The notes: generated by a model not told the origin, from the letters alone. A stretch of DNA of 43,114 nucleotides from an uncultured Candidatus Saccharibacteria bacterium (GCA_964449955.1 CAYVBS010000004.1:1-43114); one strand, 5' to 3'. Numbered from the stretch's first letter, positions 24,885 through 35,467 are shown. Numbers and translations: made by a program.

Positions 24885-25880
24885 ATGCTAAAGTACTCAG
24901 TAATTATTATAACCTGGAATAGTCTATCATACATCAAACAGACACTTCCAGCACTACTTAAACAGAAATATTCTGATATTGAATATATCTATGTAGACAA
25001 CGGATCTAATGATGGAACAGTAGAATATATTAAAGAAGAAATAGAGAGGAATAAAAATAAAAATATAAAACTAATAGAAAATAGTCAAAACCAAGGAATT
25101 AGTATTGCTAAAAATCAAGGAGTAAATGCAAGTACAGGAGAGTACCTTTTACTATTGGATGATGATATGTTAATAGAAAATCCTGATTTCGTATCAAATT
25201 TAGTTAATTACTACAATAAACTAGAAAAGCCTGCTTTTCTAATGCCATTCTTCTTAGATACAGAAGAACTCGAAAACGGTCTCACAATGACATACGGTAC
25301 TTACTATTACCCCTTTGGTGTTAAAAAGAAGAAAAAGAAAATCCACTACCAAAACATCCTCAACTATGAGAAAGAAATTCCAATAGCTATTGCACAAGGA
25401 GGAGCAATGTTTGTAAAAAGGGACATATGGAATGAACTAGGAGGTTTTGATGAATCTCAAAAGTTCAATCTAGATGACGATGATATCTCAACAAGAGCAC
25501 TAGTGTATGGCTACACGAACTACCTCTACAACAAAGAATACATTATTCACTTAGGTCTAAGTAAAAGAAAAGATCCAAAAAGATATGCATGGAATGATAG
25601 AACGTATTACTCTGGTAAAGCTAAATCAATATTAAAGAATTTTAATCCATTTACAGTACTATGGATGCTCTTCCTCTTTACAGGTAGGGCATTAACAGAA
25701 GCCTTGTATCACTCAATACAAATGAAACATGCTAATATATTCATATCTAATATCTATTCAATATATCTCTTTGTAAGAGATATCCCAGATACACTTAAAA
25801 AGAGAAGAGTAATACAGAAACACAGAAAGATATCAGATAGTAAAATTCTAGAATTAAAACAACCGGAATATGAACATTAA
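24885..25880 (+). CDS. GT2-family glycosyltransferase
   Basis: YSVIIITWNS, VDNGSNDGT, LLLDDDM (DxD). Confidence 0.8.
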   Translation: MLKYSVIIITWNSLSYIKQTLPALLKQKYSDIEYIYVDNGSNDGTVEYIKEEIERNKNKNIKLIENSQNQGISIAKNQGVNASTGEYLLLLDDDMLIENPDFVSNLVNYYNKLEKPAFLMPFFLDTEELENGLTMTYGTYYYPFGVKKKKKKIHYQNILNYEKEIPIAIAQGGAMFVKRDIWNELGGFDESQKFNLDDDDISTRALVYGYTNYLYNKEYIIHLGLSKRKDPKRYAWNDRTYYSGKAKSILKNFNPFTVLWMLFLFTGRALTEALYHSIQMKHANIFISNIYSIYLFVRDIPDTLKKRRVIQKHRKISDSKILELKQPEYEH

Positions 25881-27138
25881 AGATCTAGTAATTGAGAAGT
25901 TCAGGAAAAACAAAGAGTTCTCAAAGAATTTTGTATGGAGATTATTACAAACAGTAGGAAAGCAGGGAACTAGTTTTGTACTGTTTCTAATAGCGACATA
26001 CTTTTTGTCCAAAGAAGATCTCGGAATATATAGTTATGTGTTCTCCTTTGTTAATCTGTTAGCCATATTTGCAGATTTTGGAATATCTACAGCTACTTCA
26101 AAGTATGTAGCTGAATACAATACGGTTAACAAAGAGAAATTACCCAGAGTATTCTTTAACTCAACTCTCCTCATACTAGTCATATCTCTAATAGTAACAG
26201 CAGTTACACTTCTCTGGGGTGAGAAGTGGGTCGGTGAATACTACCCATATCTTTTGATAATTCTTCCTTTGGTCTTCTTCTCTCCAATGACAGCATTGTA
26301 TGATGGAATATATAGAGGTCTGAAGAAGTTTAAGGAGCTCTCTATCATTTCTCTTCTTACGGGGGGAATATCTTTGGTGGTAGTATTTTTTCTTGTGTAT
26401 CAGTACAGGCTTACAGGTGCCCTACTTGCACAAAACTTCTTGTATATTACTTACTTCATAATTCTTGCTTTAAGATACAATGGTTTTGAGTTAAAGGTAG
26501 ATAGGAAAGTACTGAATGATATCGGGAGATACTCTCTAGCGTTTGGTATAGCAACTCTAGGCTACTATCTCTTTTCTAGAATTAACTTAATCATTCTGGG
26601 GAGATATGGATATTTTGAGGAATTAGCCACATACGAATTGATAAACAAGTTCTTTACAGTATATCTAATACCATTCAGTATTGTAGGTCAGGTGATTGCA
26701 CCGACACTAACCGAAACGTTTGCTTTGAAGAAGTTTGACCAAGTTAGACGGCTTTACAAGCAGTTTGTATTGATATTTTCTGGTATAGCGGTAATATCTA
26801 TACCTGTTACTTTTGTAGCTATTAAGCTGGGAGTATCAATACTCTTTCCGCAATATGACACGGATGTATTCCTGATGCTGTTGATACCTGTAACTATAAC
26901 ATATGCACAGATGTCATTTAGTGCTCCAATTAATTCCGGAATTATCGTGTCCACAGGGTATGCAGGTATTAGTACTGTAATGAATGTGATCGCGGGTGGT
27001 TTTAATCTCATTGCTGCACTTTTAGCAGTTCAATACTTTGGATATTTGGGAGTAGTATGGACAACTCTCTTTACACAAACAGTTTCATTAATTACACTTA
27101 ATCTGATATTTAACTCTAAGTTAAAGAAGTTGAAATGA
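25870..27138 (+). CDS. wzx: Wzx-type (MOP superfamily) flippase, copy 2
   Basis: 422 aa, multi-TM. N-terminal Polysacc_synt-like region (LSKEDLGIYSYVFSFVNLLAIFADFGISTATSKYVAEY). Confidence 0.65.
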   Translation: MNIKDLVIEKFRKNKEFSKNFVWRLLQTVGKQGTSFVLFLIATYFLSKEDLGIYSYVFSFVNLLAIFADFGISTATSKYVAEYNTVNKEKLPRVFFNSTLLILVISLIVTAVTLLWGEKWVGEYYPYLLIILPLVFFSPMTALYDGIYRGLKKFKELSIISLLTGGISLVVVFFLVYQYRLTGALLAQNFLYITYFIILALRYNGFELKVDRKVLNDIGRYSLAFGIATLGYYLFSRINLIILGRYGYFEELATYELINKFFTVYLIPFSIVGQVIAPTLTETFALKKFDQVRRLYKQFVLIFSGIAVISIPVTFVAIKLGVSILFPQYDTDVFLMLLIPVTITYAQMSFSAPINSGIIVSTGYAGISTVMNVIAGGFNLIAALLAVQYFGYLGVVWTTLFTQTVSLITLNLIFNSKLKKLK

Positions 27139-28100
27139 GTGAAAGACCTAAAGTATCTGTAATAATGGCGGTTAGAAATAGTGAGGATACAGTATCTCAG
27201 ACTATAGATAGTATACTTTCTCAAACTTTTAGAAACTTTGAATTTGTAATTGTAGATGATGCCTCGGATGACAGTACAGGGTGCATATTAGAAAGATATG
27301 CAAAGAAGGACAAAAGAGTTAGAGTTTTAACGAACAAAGTTAGAAAAGAGAGAGCAGTGTCTAGGAATTTGGCCATTAAAGAGAGCAGGGGAGAATATGT
27401 TGCTGTAACGGATGGAGATGATATCTCTTTTTCAAATAGATTAGATGTTGAGGTTACATATCTTGAGAGGAACCCTGAAGTGTATATGGTTGGAAGTAGG
27501 GCAGAACTAATAGATGAGAGTGGTCTGAAGATAGGGAAATCATTTGGCAAGAAAGAGGCTTTAGATATTACTGATATGCTTGTGAGTGGTAATGTACTAG
27601 TACATTCTTCCATAATGTTTAGGAATACAGGAGAGTTTCAGTATAGGGAGAAGTTCAAGTATGCTCAGGACTATGATTTATTTCTGCAGATGGTTGCACA
27701 AGAGAAAAGGATAGTACTACTTCCCAATGTATTGGTGAAATACAGAAGTAAGTCAGATTTGGTATATGATGATTATCTCGTACAGCAGTACATGTACTCT
27801 GCAAAAGCTAGGCAGTTACTGAAAGAGTCCCGAAAGGGAATAGAGGGTGGGTATGAGGAGTTTAATTCTGAGAATCTTGAAGAAGAAGCTCCTTTGAAAC
27901 TTAAAACTGAGCTTAAATTCCTTAGTCTGTATACTCATGGTAAGTTTAAGGAAGCAAGGGAGCAAATGAGAGTAATATTCAAAGAGTATGGTTATACTCC
28001 TAAGCGAATACTGTATTTTATTGATACTTTTACAAAGGGTAAAATATTTCACAGTGGTAAACAGCTTAAGCGCTTCTTTATCCGTTTGCTAAAGGTTTAG
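27135..28100 (+). CDS. GT2-family glycosyltransferase
   Basis: VSVIMAVRNSEDT, VDDASDDST, TDGDDIS (DxD). ATGA overlap with the flippase stop. Confidence 0.8.
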   Translation: MSERPKVSVIMAVRNSEDTVSQTIDSILSQTFRNFEFVIVDDASDDSTGCILERYAKKDKRVRVLTNKVRKERAVSRNLAIKESRGEYVAVTDGDDISFSNRLDVEVTYLERNPEVYMVGSRAELIDESGLKIGKSFGKKEALDITDMLVSGNVLVHSSIMFRNTGEFQYREKFKYAQDYDLFLQMVAQEKRIVLLPNVLVKYRSKSDLVYDDYLVQQYMYSAKARQLLKESRKGIEGGYEEFNSENLEEEAPLKLKTELKFLSLYTHGKFKEAREQMRVIFKEYGYTPKRILYFIDTFTKGKIFHSGKQLKRFFIRLLKV

Positions 28101-29614
28101 AATTTGTACAGTTGTGGCCTTAAGAAATCCCCGACCTGTGTAATATCAGTATTAACATCTATTTGTAGATCTCTTGTTACGATATATCCGTCGCTACCTT
28201 GTATAGTAGAGTTCAAATCTGAAGCTTTAAGCAATGGGATATCAAAATACAGATCTCTTTCTCCCCATGTCCAGTTAACATTATCATCTGCGAGTACTAG
28301 ATAATCAATATTGTATCCTTTCTCATACAATGTATATGCAGAGTGGAAGTCTGTAATTAGTATGTCTCTTTCTAAGAGGTTGCTATCTAAATATGTAAAC
28401 AGATTATTGTATTGAAGCTTCTTGTGTAGGGAGAGTGAAGTAGGGGTATATGTATTGATCTCTAAAAATTCTTTAACTGATAGATAAGTGTGGAAGCAAA
28501 ATGAAATTCCTATTATCAAACTCAAAAGTATTCTAGCCCATTTTTGTTTAAAGTTCTGCCAGAGTAAAACAAAGATGTATACTGATAGTATGAGTATTAA
28601 TGGTATAACTCCCTGCCAATATCTTTCATGTTGTGCTTGTTGAAGTGAAAGAAATGCTAGTAGTGATACTATTACACTCCCCAGGTACAATATGTTGACA
28701 TCCTTTCTCTTTAGTAAGAAATATATTGATATCGGAGCTGTAACCAAGACGAATGGTAAGTTCCTTACTGTTATGATCGAGTAGTAGAGCGGGGTCAAAG
28801 TGTTAGCCCAATCTGGTGAGAGTTCCTTAAACACGACCAACAAGTTCCAACTGTCAAATTTGAGATATGTAACTAGGAAAGCAAGTAGGAGGATTAGTAT
28901 AGAGAGTAATATCTGCTTATACCTTCTTCCTAGCAAAGCATTAAGTCCAAAGAAGATGAGTAGACCTAATCCAAGTAATATGTTTATGGGTTGAGTAAGG
29001 TACGCAAGATAGAATATGGGGATAAATAGGAGAGAGTAGAGTACGTTAAGTTCCAAATCCAGGAACTTAAGCTTTACTAATCCCCATTTGGGAGGTTTTA
29101 TCATAGCTTTATAAACAAGAAATACTGAAAGAACAAAGAGAAAAGTACTCATTGCATACATTCTTGTTTCTCTAAGCATTGCTACTGAGAAGTTGGATAT
29201 GTAGTAGAGTATAGTGGCTGCAAAGGATATCCAAGTACTTTTGTTTCTTAGCTTTGTATCTTTTAGTAACTGATATGTAAATACTCCAATAATAATGGAG
29301 GTAGATACTAAGAATGGAATATTTATAATCCTGCTTCCAAGTTCACTTACCCCGAAGATGCTCATAGAAAGTGCTAGTAACTGATGATAGAGAGTAGCTC
29401 TTCCATAGTATAGTCCTGAATCATAAATAGGTTCTCCTTTTTCTATGATCATTCTTGCTGCATGGAAAGAGAAAACTTCATCAGTCCACATATACTGGCA
29501 TCCTAAACAATAGATACTAATGATTATCAATATTAAAAACAGGGATCCGAATAGTATGTATTTTCGCATATGAGAAGTATACAGTATAGTGATTACTTTT
29601 TGCGATACATCCAA
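28097..29614 (-). CDS. GT-C fold membrane glycosyltransferase (ArnT/PMT_2-like), copy 2
   Basis: 505 aa, about 11-12 TM helices. First-loop motif MWTDEVFSFHAARMI typical of PMT_2/ArnT enzymes. Confidence 0.65.
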   Translation of the reverse strand: MDVSQKVITILYTSHMRKYILFGSLFLILIIISIYCLGCQYMWTDEVFSFHAARMIIEKGEPIYDSGLYYGRATLYHQLLALSMSIFGVSELGSRIINIPFLVSTSIIIGVFTYQLLKDTKLRNKSTWISFAATILYYISNFSVAMLRETRMYAMSTFLFVLSVFLVYKAMIKPPKWGLVKLKFLDLELNVLYSLLFIPIFYLAYLTQPINILLGLGLLIFFGLNALLGRRYKQILLSILILLLAFLVTYLKFDSWNLLVVFKELSPDWANTLTPLYYSIITVRNLPFVLVTAPISIYFLLKRKDVNILYLGSVIVSLLAFLSLQQAQHERYWQGVIPLILILSVYIFVLLWQNFKQKWARILLSLIIGISFCFHTYLSVKEFLEINTYTPTSLSLHKKLQYNNLFTYLDSNLLERDILITDFHSAYTLYEKGYNIDYLVLADDNVNWTWGERDLYFDIPLLKASDLNSTIQGSDGYIVTRDLQIDVNTDITQVGDFLRPQLYKF

Positions 29615-30207
29615 AGATTATTGTACTCATCCAACCCAACCATTCTCTCTTTATCATTTGAAACAGTATAGTTTTTTAAACCCTCTCTCTCTTTACTTCT
29701 CTCCCTATCAATTTCCCCTATTCCCCTACTCTGTATTAAATATTTTCTCTGCTCTAAAAAAGCATATGCACTCTTAGCAACAACCCAATCCTTCTTACAA
29801 ACAACAGGAATTACTGTAGGAAATACATCAAAAGTATTTAATACTTTTAACTCTAAATCTTTCACTATGATCGTAGTAGAGAATTCTTCCTCACTCTGTA
29901 TCATCCTATGAACATACTCACAATATATTACACCCTCATCATACCCAGTGATACAGCTCTCACAACTCTCAAGATCTTTCTTCTCTCTACTAACAAGATC
30001 AAATGTAAAAGAGCTCTCAATATCCGAAACCAATATATTACTCTCATCGATCCAATATACATACAAGGGGTTAACACTAGAGGCTATCATGTACTCTCTT
30101 GAGTACTCAGGTTCACTACTAAGAAACATATTAAACAGAAGAACTGTAAGCAGAATATTCAATATCATATTTTCAATCTTAAAACTTAGGATGCGGGTTA
30201 TCCCCAC
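29593..30207 (-). CDS. Small membrane-anchored protein of unknown function. The start may be Met14.
   Basis: Hydrophobic N-terminus MILNILLTVLLFNMFL. Overlaps both neighbours (29 nt and 22 nt). Confidence 0.45.
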   Translation of the reverse strand: MGITRILSFKIENMILNILLTVLLFNMFLSSEPEYSREYMIASSVNPLYVYWIDESNILVSDIESSFTFDLVSREKKDLESCESCITGYDEGVIYCEYVHRMIQSEEEFSTTIIVKDLELKVLNTFDVFPTVIPVVCKKDWVVAKSAYAFLEQRKYLIQSRGIGEIDRERSKEREGLKNYTVSNDKERMVGLDEYNNLWMYRKK

Positions 30208-31603
30208 TCAACCTCTTGGGATACATATCCTTTCCTAGAGTTGGAATACTGTTCCAATCAACAGCAATATATTTAACGGGATCAACATGTGTAGAAGAGC
30301 TAGAACCTTTGTAAACACCTAAGTGAAGATGGTATCCCAAACTCTGACAATTCCACTTGCCAGTATTACCACTTACACCAATAGTTTGGCCCTTCTTTAC
30401 ACCACTACCTTTCTTAACAAGGTAATGGTCTAAGTGGAAGTAAGTACTGTGCATTCCATTACTATGCTTTATCATCACATAGTTACCACCCTGATTACAC
30501 TTACCACCATAGCTATCCCATCCAACATCTACTACAGTACCATCTCCAATTGCTACTACACTGTTTAACCTTGCTCCAAAATCAATACCCTTGTGAGGAC
30601 ATTGATACTGAGTACATCCATGCCACTGTGTAACACCAATCAATCTGTCTAGGGGAAATACAAATGGTTTGTTACTAAGATCTTTGATCTGTACTTCTGG
30701 TATTTGAATATCTAGTTTCTTGTAGCATTCGATATCTATCCATTCTTCATCTTTAAACTGTGAATATATGTTCACTAGTACATATGCCCCCTTACCATAT
30801 ATATCTTTTAAGTATGATCTTGTTACACTGTATGAGCTCTTACTGAAGCTAAAGATTGGATCAAGATCTTCCTGAGGAAATATATCTACTGTATATGTAA
30901 AATGTATATCTTTTTGAAAAGAGTCTTTTAATACTGGATTGCATCCAAACCAGGTATTAGGTTTGAGGACATTAAAGTCCTCACATTCATACATCTTTAC
31001 CTTAGCAGTAACCTTATCTTTGTAATCACCGTTTACCTCTAGAAAATACTTACTACCAGATTTTGTGTAAGAGATATTCTTTACAGTAATACCTAGATCA
31101 CAGATCATGTCTTTTACCTTACTGTTTAGTATTGAGATATTGCAGATAGATATATCCTCTTTAGTAGCAACAGAGGGAGCTGTAACTCCTTTAACAGTAC
31201 TTTCCTCTCTGAAATCAATTTTAGGAGGAAGGGTATATGTTGGGGTATCTTTCTTTTCTTTGGGCTTTGGGGAAACATTGGGTGGTGGATTTCCTGTTTG
31301 GTAGAAGCAACCAAGGTAGATATATTCGTAATGGCTCTTGCCATTTTTCAAATATCTTACTCTTCTGCATATGAATCCATCCTCTTGTATATATACAAAC
31401 TGATGTGTTCTACCACCCTCTAATATCTCATAAGGAAGCCAGCTTCTAGTTGGTGATAAGTTGTAGTTAGTGCCTCTTGCAAACTGTAGCTCTTGAAATG
31501 AGATGTTTACTGGTGTTACCCACTCATGTATTACCCAAGTATCTGCAATGGTTGGGTAGGGTGATTCTGTATATCCTAGGATCATGAAGAGTAAGGGAAG
31601 CAT
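30179..31603 (-). CDS. M23 (LytM-type) peptidoglycan metalloendopeptidase with a large N-terminal domain of unknown function
   Basis: C-terminal HKGIDFGA (HxxxD) and YHLHLGV (HxH). GDGTVV and GNYVMIKHSNGMHSTYFHL core. Confidence 0.8.
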   Translation of the reverse strand: MLPLLFMILGYTESPYPTIADTWVIHEWVTPVNISFQELQFARGTNYNLSPTRSWLPYEILEGGRTHQFVYIQEDGFICRRVRYLKNGKSHYEYIYLGCFYQTGNPPPNVSPKPKEKKDTPTYTLPPKIDFREESTVKGVTAPSVATKEDISICNISILNSKVKDMICDLGITVKNISYTKSGSKYFLEVNGDYKDKVTAKVKMYECEDFNVLKPNTWFGCNPVLKDSFQKDIHFTYTVDIFPQEDLDPIFSFSKSSYSVTRSYLKDIYGKGAYVLVNIYSQFKDEEWIDIECYKKLDIQIPEVQIKDLSNKPFVFPLDRLIGVTQWHGCTQYQCPHKGIDFGARLNSVVAIGDGTVVDVGWDSYGGKCNQGGNYVMIKHSNGMHSTYFHLDHYLVKKGSGVKKGQTIGVSGNTGKWNCQSLGYHLHLGVYKGSSSSTHVDPVKYIAVDWNSIPTLGKDMYPKRLSGDNPHPKF

Positions 31604-31681
31604 ATATATATGTTAGGGGAAGGATATTAAAAGATCTTGAACTTAAGAAATTTTTAATATGTAGAGAGTAAACTCTAAGTT

Positions 31682-32230
31682 GTGGTTAAGAGAAGGGAGT
31701 TAAAAGAGAAGAAACTTTCCAACTATGCATTTATTGATAGCCAGAATATCAATATGGGTGTTTTATCTAAAGATTGGAAACTAGATTGGGGGAAGTTTAG
31801 ATTGTTTTTAAGAAACAAATATAATGTGAAGAAAGCTTTTCTGTTTATCGGATATATTGAAAGTAATAGCGAGTTGTACAGATATCTGCAGGATATGGGC
31901 TTCATTCTAATCTTCAAAAACGTTTTGGGAATTAAAAGAGACAAGAAAATAACATACAAAGGGAATGTTGATGCAGAATTGGTTCTGCATACTATGATAC
32001 AGCTTCAGAACTTTTCAAAGGCAGTAATTGTATCAGGAGATGGGGACTTTTACTGCTTGATAGAGTATTTAGCGAAGAAGAATAAGCTGTGTAAAGTAAT
32101 AACTCCTAATAATAGATATTCATATCTGATTCGTAGATATAGTGGGTATGTAGTAAATTTGTATTTGCTTAGAAGTAAACTAGAATATGTGAAGAAAAAA
32201 GAGAGGCATTCCCGCGGCAAGCAAAGTTAA
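31682..32230 (+). CDS. NYN-domain (LabA/DUF88-like) putative RNase
   Basis: YAFIDSQNI N-terminal Asp motif and VIVSGDGDFYCLIEYL motif. GTG start. Confidence 0.65.
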   Translation: MVKRRELKEKKLSNYAFIDSQNINMGVLSKDWKLDWGKFRLFLRNKYNVKKAFLFIGYIESNSELYRYLQDMGFILIFKNVLGIKRDKKITYKGNVDAELVLHTMIQLQNFSKAVIVSGDGDFYCLIEYLAKKNKLCKVITPNNRYSYLIRRYSGYVVNLYLLRSKLEYVKKKERHSRGKQS

Positions 32231-32309
32231 CCTTTGGTAGTCCTCTCGTCGTACTAATGATAAAGTATACAACTAGTGTTTTGTAAAGTAAAGAAATTCT
32301 ACAAAAAGT

Positions 32310-32318
32310 TGGTATAGT
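32310..32318 (+). promoter_or_regulatory. Extended -10 promoter element, distal secA promoter or small-RNA promoter
   Basis: TGGTATAGT at 32310-32318. The 19-nt context AAAkTTGGTATArTAAAGA is shared with the promoter at 5846. Confidence 0.4.
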
Positions 32319-32453
32319 AAAGAGAAAAGACCAAGATCAACGGTCGGTCGAAACCTTAGGTCGCTTAGCTTGGTCATCGTGATGAAATAAATATATCACA
32401 TATGTAGACGAAGATAAACAAGCATACTGAGAAACAAAAGAGATATTCACTGT

Positions 32454-32481
32454 TTGTAGTATTGTAAAATATTGATATAAT
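32454..32481 (+). promoter_or_regulatory. Proximal secA promoter, predicted to give a leaderless or near-leaderless mRNA
   Basis: TTGTAG (32454-32459), 16-nt spacer, TGaTATAAT (32473-32481). ATG at 32490 lies 8 nt after the -10 box. No SD. Confidence 0.5.
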
Positions 32482-32489
32482 CGATAGTT

Positions 32490-35438
32490 ATGATTAAATT
32501 CCTAGAAAATCTTTTCGATTCTAACGAAAAGCAATTAAACAAAATTCAAAACATTGTAGAAAGTATAAACTCATTAGAAGATGAGTATAGTAAGCTTTCT
32601 GATGAAGAGCTTAGAGAGAAGAGTACTGAGTTTAGAAAACAGTTAAATGTGGATCTAAAACAGGCAAGAGAGGAATTTGAGACAGTAGAGAGTAAGGAGC
32701 TAAAGAAGAAGTTAGATGATGAAAGAAATGCTCTTCGAGAGATATTACCTCATGCATATGCAGCTGTGAGAGAAGCATCAAAGAGAGTTGCTAATCACAG
32801 ACACTTTGATGTACAGATGATGGCTGGATATATACTCTTTGATGGAAAAGTTGCTGAGCTGTTTACAGGAGAGGGTAAAACATTAGCTGCTAATATGCCC
32901 CTGTATCTGTATGGGTTAACGGGAAGAGGTGCTCATCTTGTTACAGTAAATGATTACCTTGCTAGAAGAGATGCAGAATGGAATGGTCATATATTGAACA
33001 GTCTTGGTATCACTGTTTCCGCTATTAACTCAGGTACACAGTACAGATTTGTTACTGATGAAGAAGCACTTAAGCTTAAGGGTGATGAAGCTAAGGAATT
33101 GATAGCTGAAAGAGAGAAGAAAGCTAAAGATGCTGGAAGACTAAAGTACGACCATATGTCTGGTGTAAATCTCATTGAGTGTAGTAAAAGAGAGGCATAT
33201 GAGTGTGACGTGGTATATGGTACTAACAATGAATTTGGTTTTGATTACCTTAGAGACAATATGGTAGGAAATCTTGATGACAGAGTGCAAGGACCTAGGT
33301 ACTTTGTCATTGTGGACGAGGCGGACTCCATCTTAATTGATGAGGCTAGAACTCCTTTGATCATATCTACAAGTGCTCAGGCTTCTAATGAGATGTACAA
33401 GCAGTTTGCTACTTTGGTAAGAAATCTTCAAAATGAAAAACACTATACCGTAGATGAGAAATCTAATGCAGTATCACTTACAGATGAGGGTATTGATGCT
33501 GTAGAGAAACTGCTTAAGGTAGAGAACATCTATGAGAATGCTCAACTAGCATATCACTTGGACAATGCACTCAAAGCTAAGGAGCTTTACAAATTGGATG
33601 ATGAATATATGGTAAGGAATGGAGAGGTATTAATTGTTGATGAGTTTACAGGAAGGGCTCTGCCTGGAAGAAGATACAGTGAGGGTCTACATCAGGCAAT
33701 TGAAGCTAAGGAGGGCGTAGAGGTCAAGAGGGAGAGTCGTACAATGGCTACAATTACTCTGCAGAACTACTTTAGATTGTATACATACCTCTCTGGTATG
33801 ACTGCTACAGCATTAACAGAGGCAGAAGAGTTCTCCTCTATCTACAATCTTGATACGGTAGTTGTTCCTACTAACCGACCAGTTGTAAGACAGGATCACA
33901 ATGATGTTGTTTACAGGAGCCAGTTGGGTAAGTTTAAAGCAATTGTAGAAGATATTAAGGAACATCATCAAAAGGGTCAGCCTATGTTGGTTGGTACAAC
34001 CTCTGTAGAGAAGTCTGAAGTGCTTTCTGAAATGCTTTCCAAGGAGGGAGTTGCGCATGAGGTACTTAATGCTAAACAGCATGAAAGAGAAGCAAAGATC
34101 GTAGCTAATGCTGGACAGAAGGGATCAGTTACCATTGCTACAAATATGGCTGGTAGAGGAACAGATATTGCATTGGGAGAGGGAGTTAAGGAGTTGGGTG
34201 GATTGTATGTGATTGGTTCTGAGAGACATGAGTCCAGAAGAATTGATAATCAGCTGAGAGGTAGATCTGGAAGACAGGGTGATCCTGGAGAATCTAGATT
34301 CTATGTATCCTTCGAAGATGAGCTAATGAGGCTCTTTGGTGGTGAACGTATGCAGGCATTAATGGGTCAGGTTGGTATGGAAGATGATGTTCCAATCTCT
34401 ATGGGTATACTTGGTAAGACCATTGAGAATGCTCAAAAGAAGGTAGAGTCTCACAACTATGATATTAGGAAGAGACTTGTTGACTATGATGATGTTTTAA
34501 ACAAGCAGAGGAATATCATATATGATCTTAGAACAAAGATTTTAAGTATTGCTAAAGAGAACAGTATTTCAACAGATGTATCTCTGAAGGATGATATTAA
34601 GGCAGTAAAGGAGATAGATGTAGAGAGTTTACAGGATGTTTTAGATGGTTTTGCAGTAACAAGAAGAGATACTTGGGACTACGGTTTACTTGATACTCTT
34701 AAGTTCAAGCTTAATCCGTTAGATATTTCTTTGCTTAAGAAGATATTTGAGCAGGTAGAGTTTCTTGTCTCCAGTCAGCTTTCTGATGATATGGAGATAG
34801 ATAATGTGGAGGAGAGAAAGCTGTTTGTTCAGTTTAAGAACTTGCTAACAGAGGAGCTGTTTGAGAAGGCTGTTAAGGATCTTGGTTTTAAGAACGGAGT
34901 AGAGTTCTTTAGGTCTCTTAATCCGGATGATGTACCTAGTACTTTGAAAGAGTTGAAGCGGGTAGTACTGGTTGCATTTGTAGAACATATATACAGTATT
35001 GGTGTAGATCCTATGAAAGAGCTTTCTAAGGTATTAATGCTTCAAACTATTGATAGCTTCTGGATGGAGCATTTGGATAATATGCAGGATTTGAGAGAGG
35101 GTATTTCTTTGCGTAATCTTGCACAGAGAGATCCATTAGTGGAGTACAAGAACGAGGGTTTTAGATTGTTTGATAGTATGCTTAGGAGTATTGATGAGAA
35201 TGTTGTTAACAGATTCTTTAAGGTAAGGGTTGTAAGGAGAGCTCCACTTACTGAGGTACCTGTAGAGGCTCAGAAGCCTGATGTAAGGAGTATTGGGAGC
35301 AAGGGGGTTGATAACAGGCCTGGTAATGTAGAGAAACAGCAGACTGTTAAGAAGAGTGTAAAGGTTGGTAGGAATGATCCTTGTCCTTGTGGTAGTGGTA
35401 AGAAGTACAAGAAGTGTCACTATCCTGAGTTTGGATAG
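32490..35438 (+). CDS. secA: Preprotein translocase ATPase SecA
   Basis: Walker [63 protein letters not shown]-terminal zinc finger [13 protein letters not shown]. Confidence 0.97.
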   Translation: MIKFLENLFDSNEKQLNKIQNIVESINSLEDEYSKLSDEELREKSTEFRKQLNVDLKQAREEFETVESKELKKKLDDERNALREILPHAYAAVREASKRVANHRHFDVQMMAGYILFDGKVAELFTGEGKTLAANMPLYLYGLTGRGAHLVTVNDYLARRDAEWNGHILNSLGITVSAINSGTQYRFVTDEEALKLKGDEAKELIAEREKKAKDAGRLKYDHMSGVNLIECSKREAYECDVVYGTNNEFGFDYLRDNMVGNLDDRVQGPRYFVIVDEADSILIDEARTPLIISTSAQASNEMYKQFATLVRNLQNEKHYTVDEKSNAVSLTDEGIDAVEKLLKVENIYENAQLAYHLDNALKAKELYKLDDEYMVRNGEVLIVDEFTGRALPGRRYSEGLHQAIEAKEGVEVKRESRTMATITLQNYFRLYTYLSGMTATALTEAEEFSSIYNLDTVVVPTNRPVVRQDHNDVVYRSQLGKFKAIVEDIKEHHQKGQPMLVGTTSVEKSEVLSEMLSKEGVAHEVLNAKQHEREAKIVANAGQKGSVTIATNMAGRGTDIALGEGVKELGGLYVIGSERHESRRIDNQLRGRSGRQGDPGESRFYVSFEDELMRLFGGERMQALMGQVGMEDDVPISMGILGKTIENAQKKVESHNYDIRKRLVDYDDVLNKQRNIIYDLRTKILSIAKENSISTDVSLKDDIKAVKEIDVESLQDVLDGFAVTRRDTWDYGLLDTLKFKLNPLDISLLKKIFEQVEFLVSSQLSDDMEIDNVEERKLFVQFKNLLTEELFEKAVKDLGFKNGVEFFRSLNPDDVPSTLKELKRVVLVAFVEHIYSIGVDPMKELSKVLMLQTIDSFWMEHLDNMQDLREGISLRNLAQRDPLVEYKNEGFRLFDSMLRSIDENVVNRFFKVRVVRRAPLTEVPVEAQKPDVRSIGSKGVDNRPGNVEKQQTVKKSVKVGRNDPCPCGSGKKYKKCHYPEFG

Positions 35439-35467
35439 AACATTGCTTTTAAAGATTTCCTAAAAGT

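Noticed and set aside
25321-25345. A-rich tract (gttaaaaagaagaaaaagaaaatcc, encoding KKKKKK) in the GT2 gene as a slippery or phase-variable site; also the A7 run at about 24824-24830
   Set aside because: These are not long uninterrupted homopolymers. Runs of this length are expected in AT-rich coding DNA, and no alternative-frame ORF continues from them.
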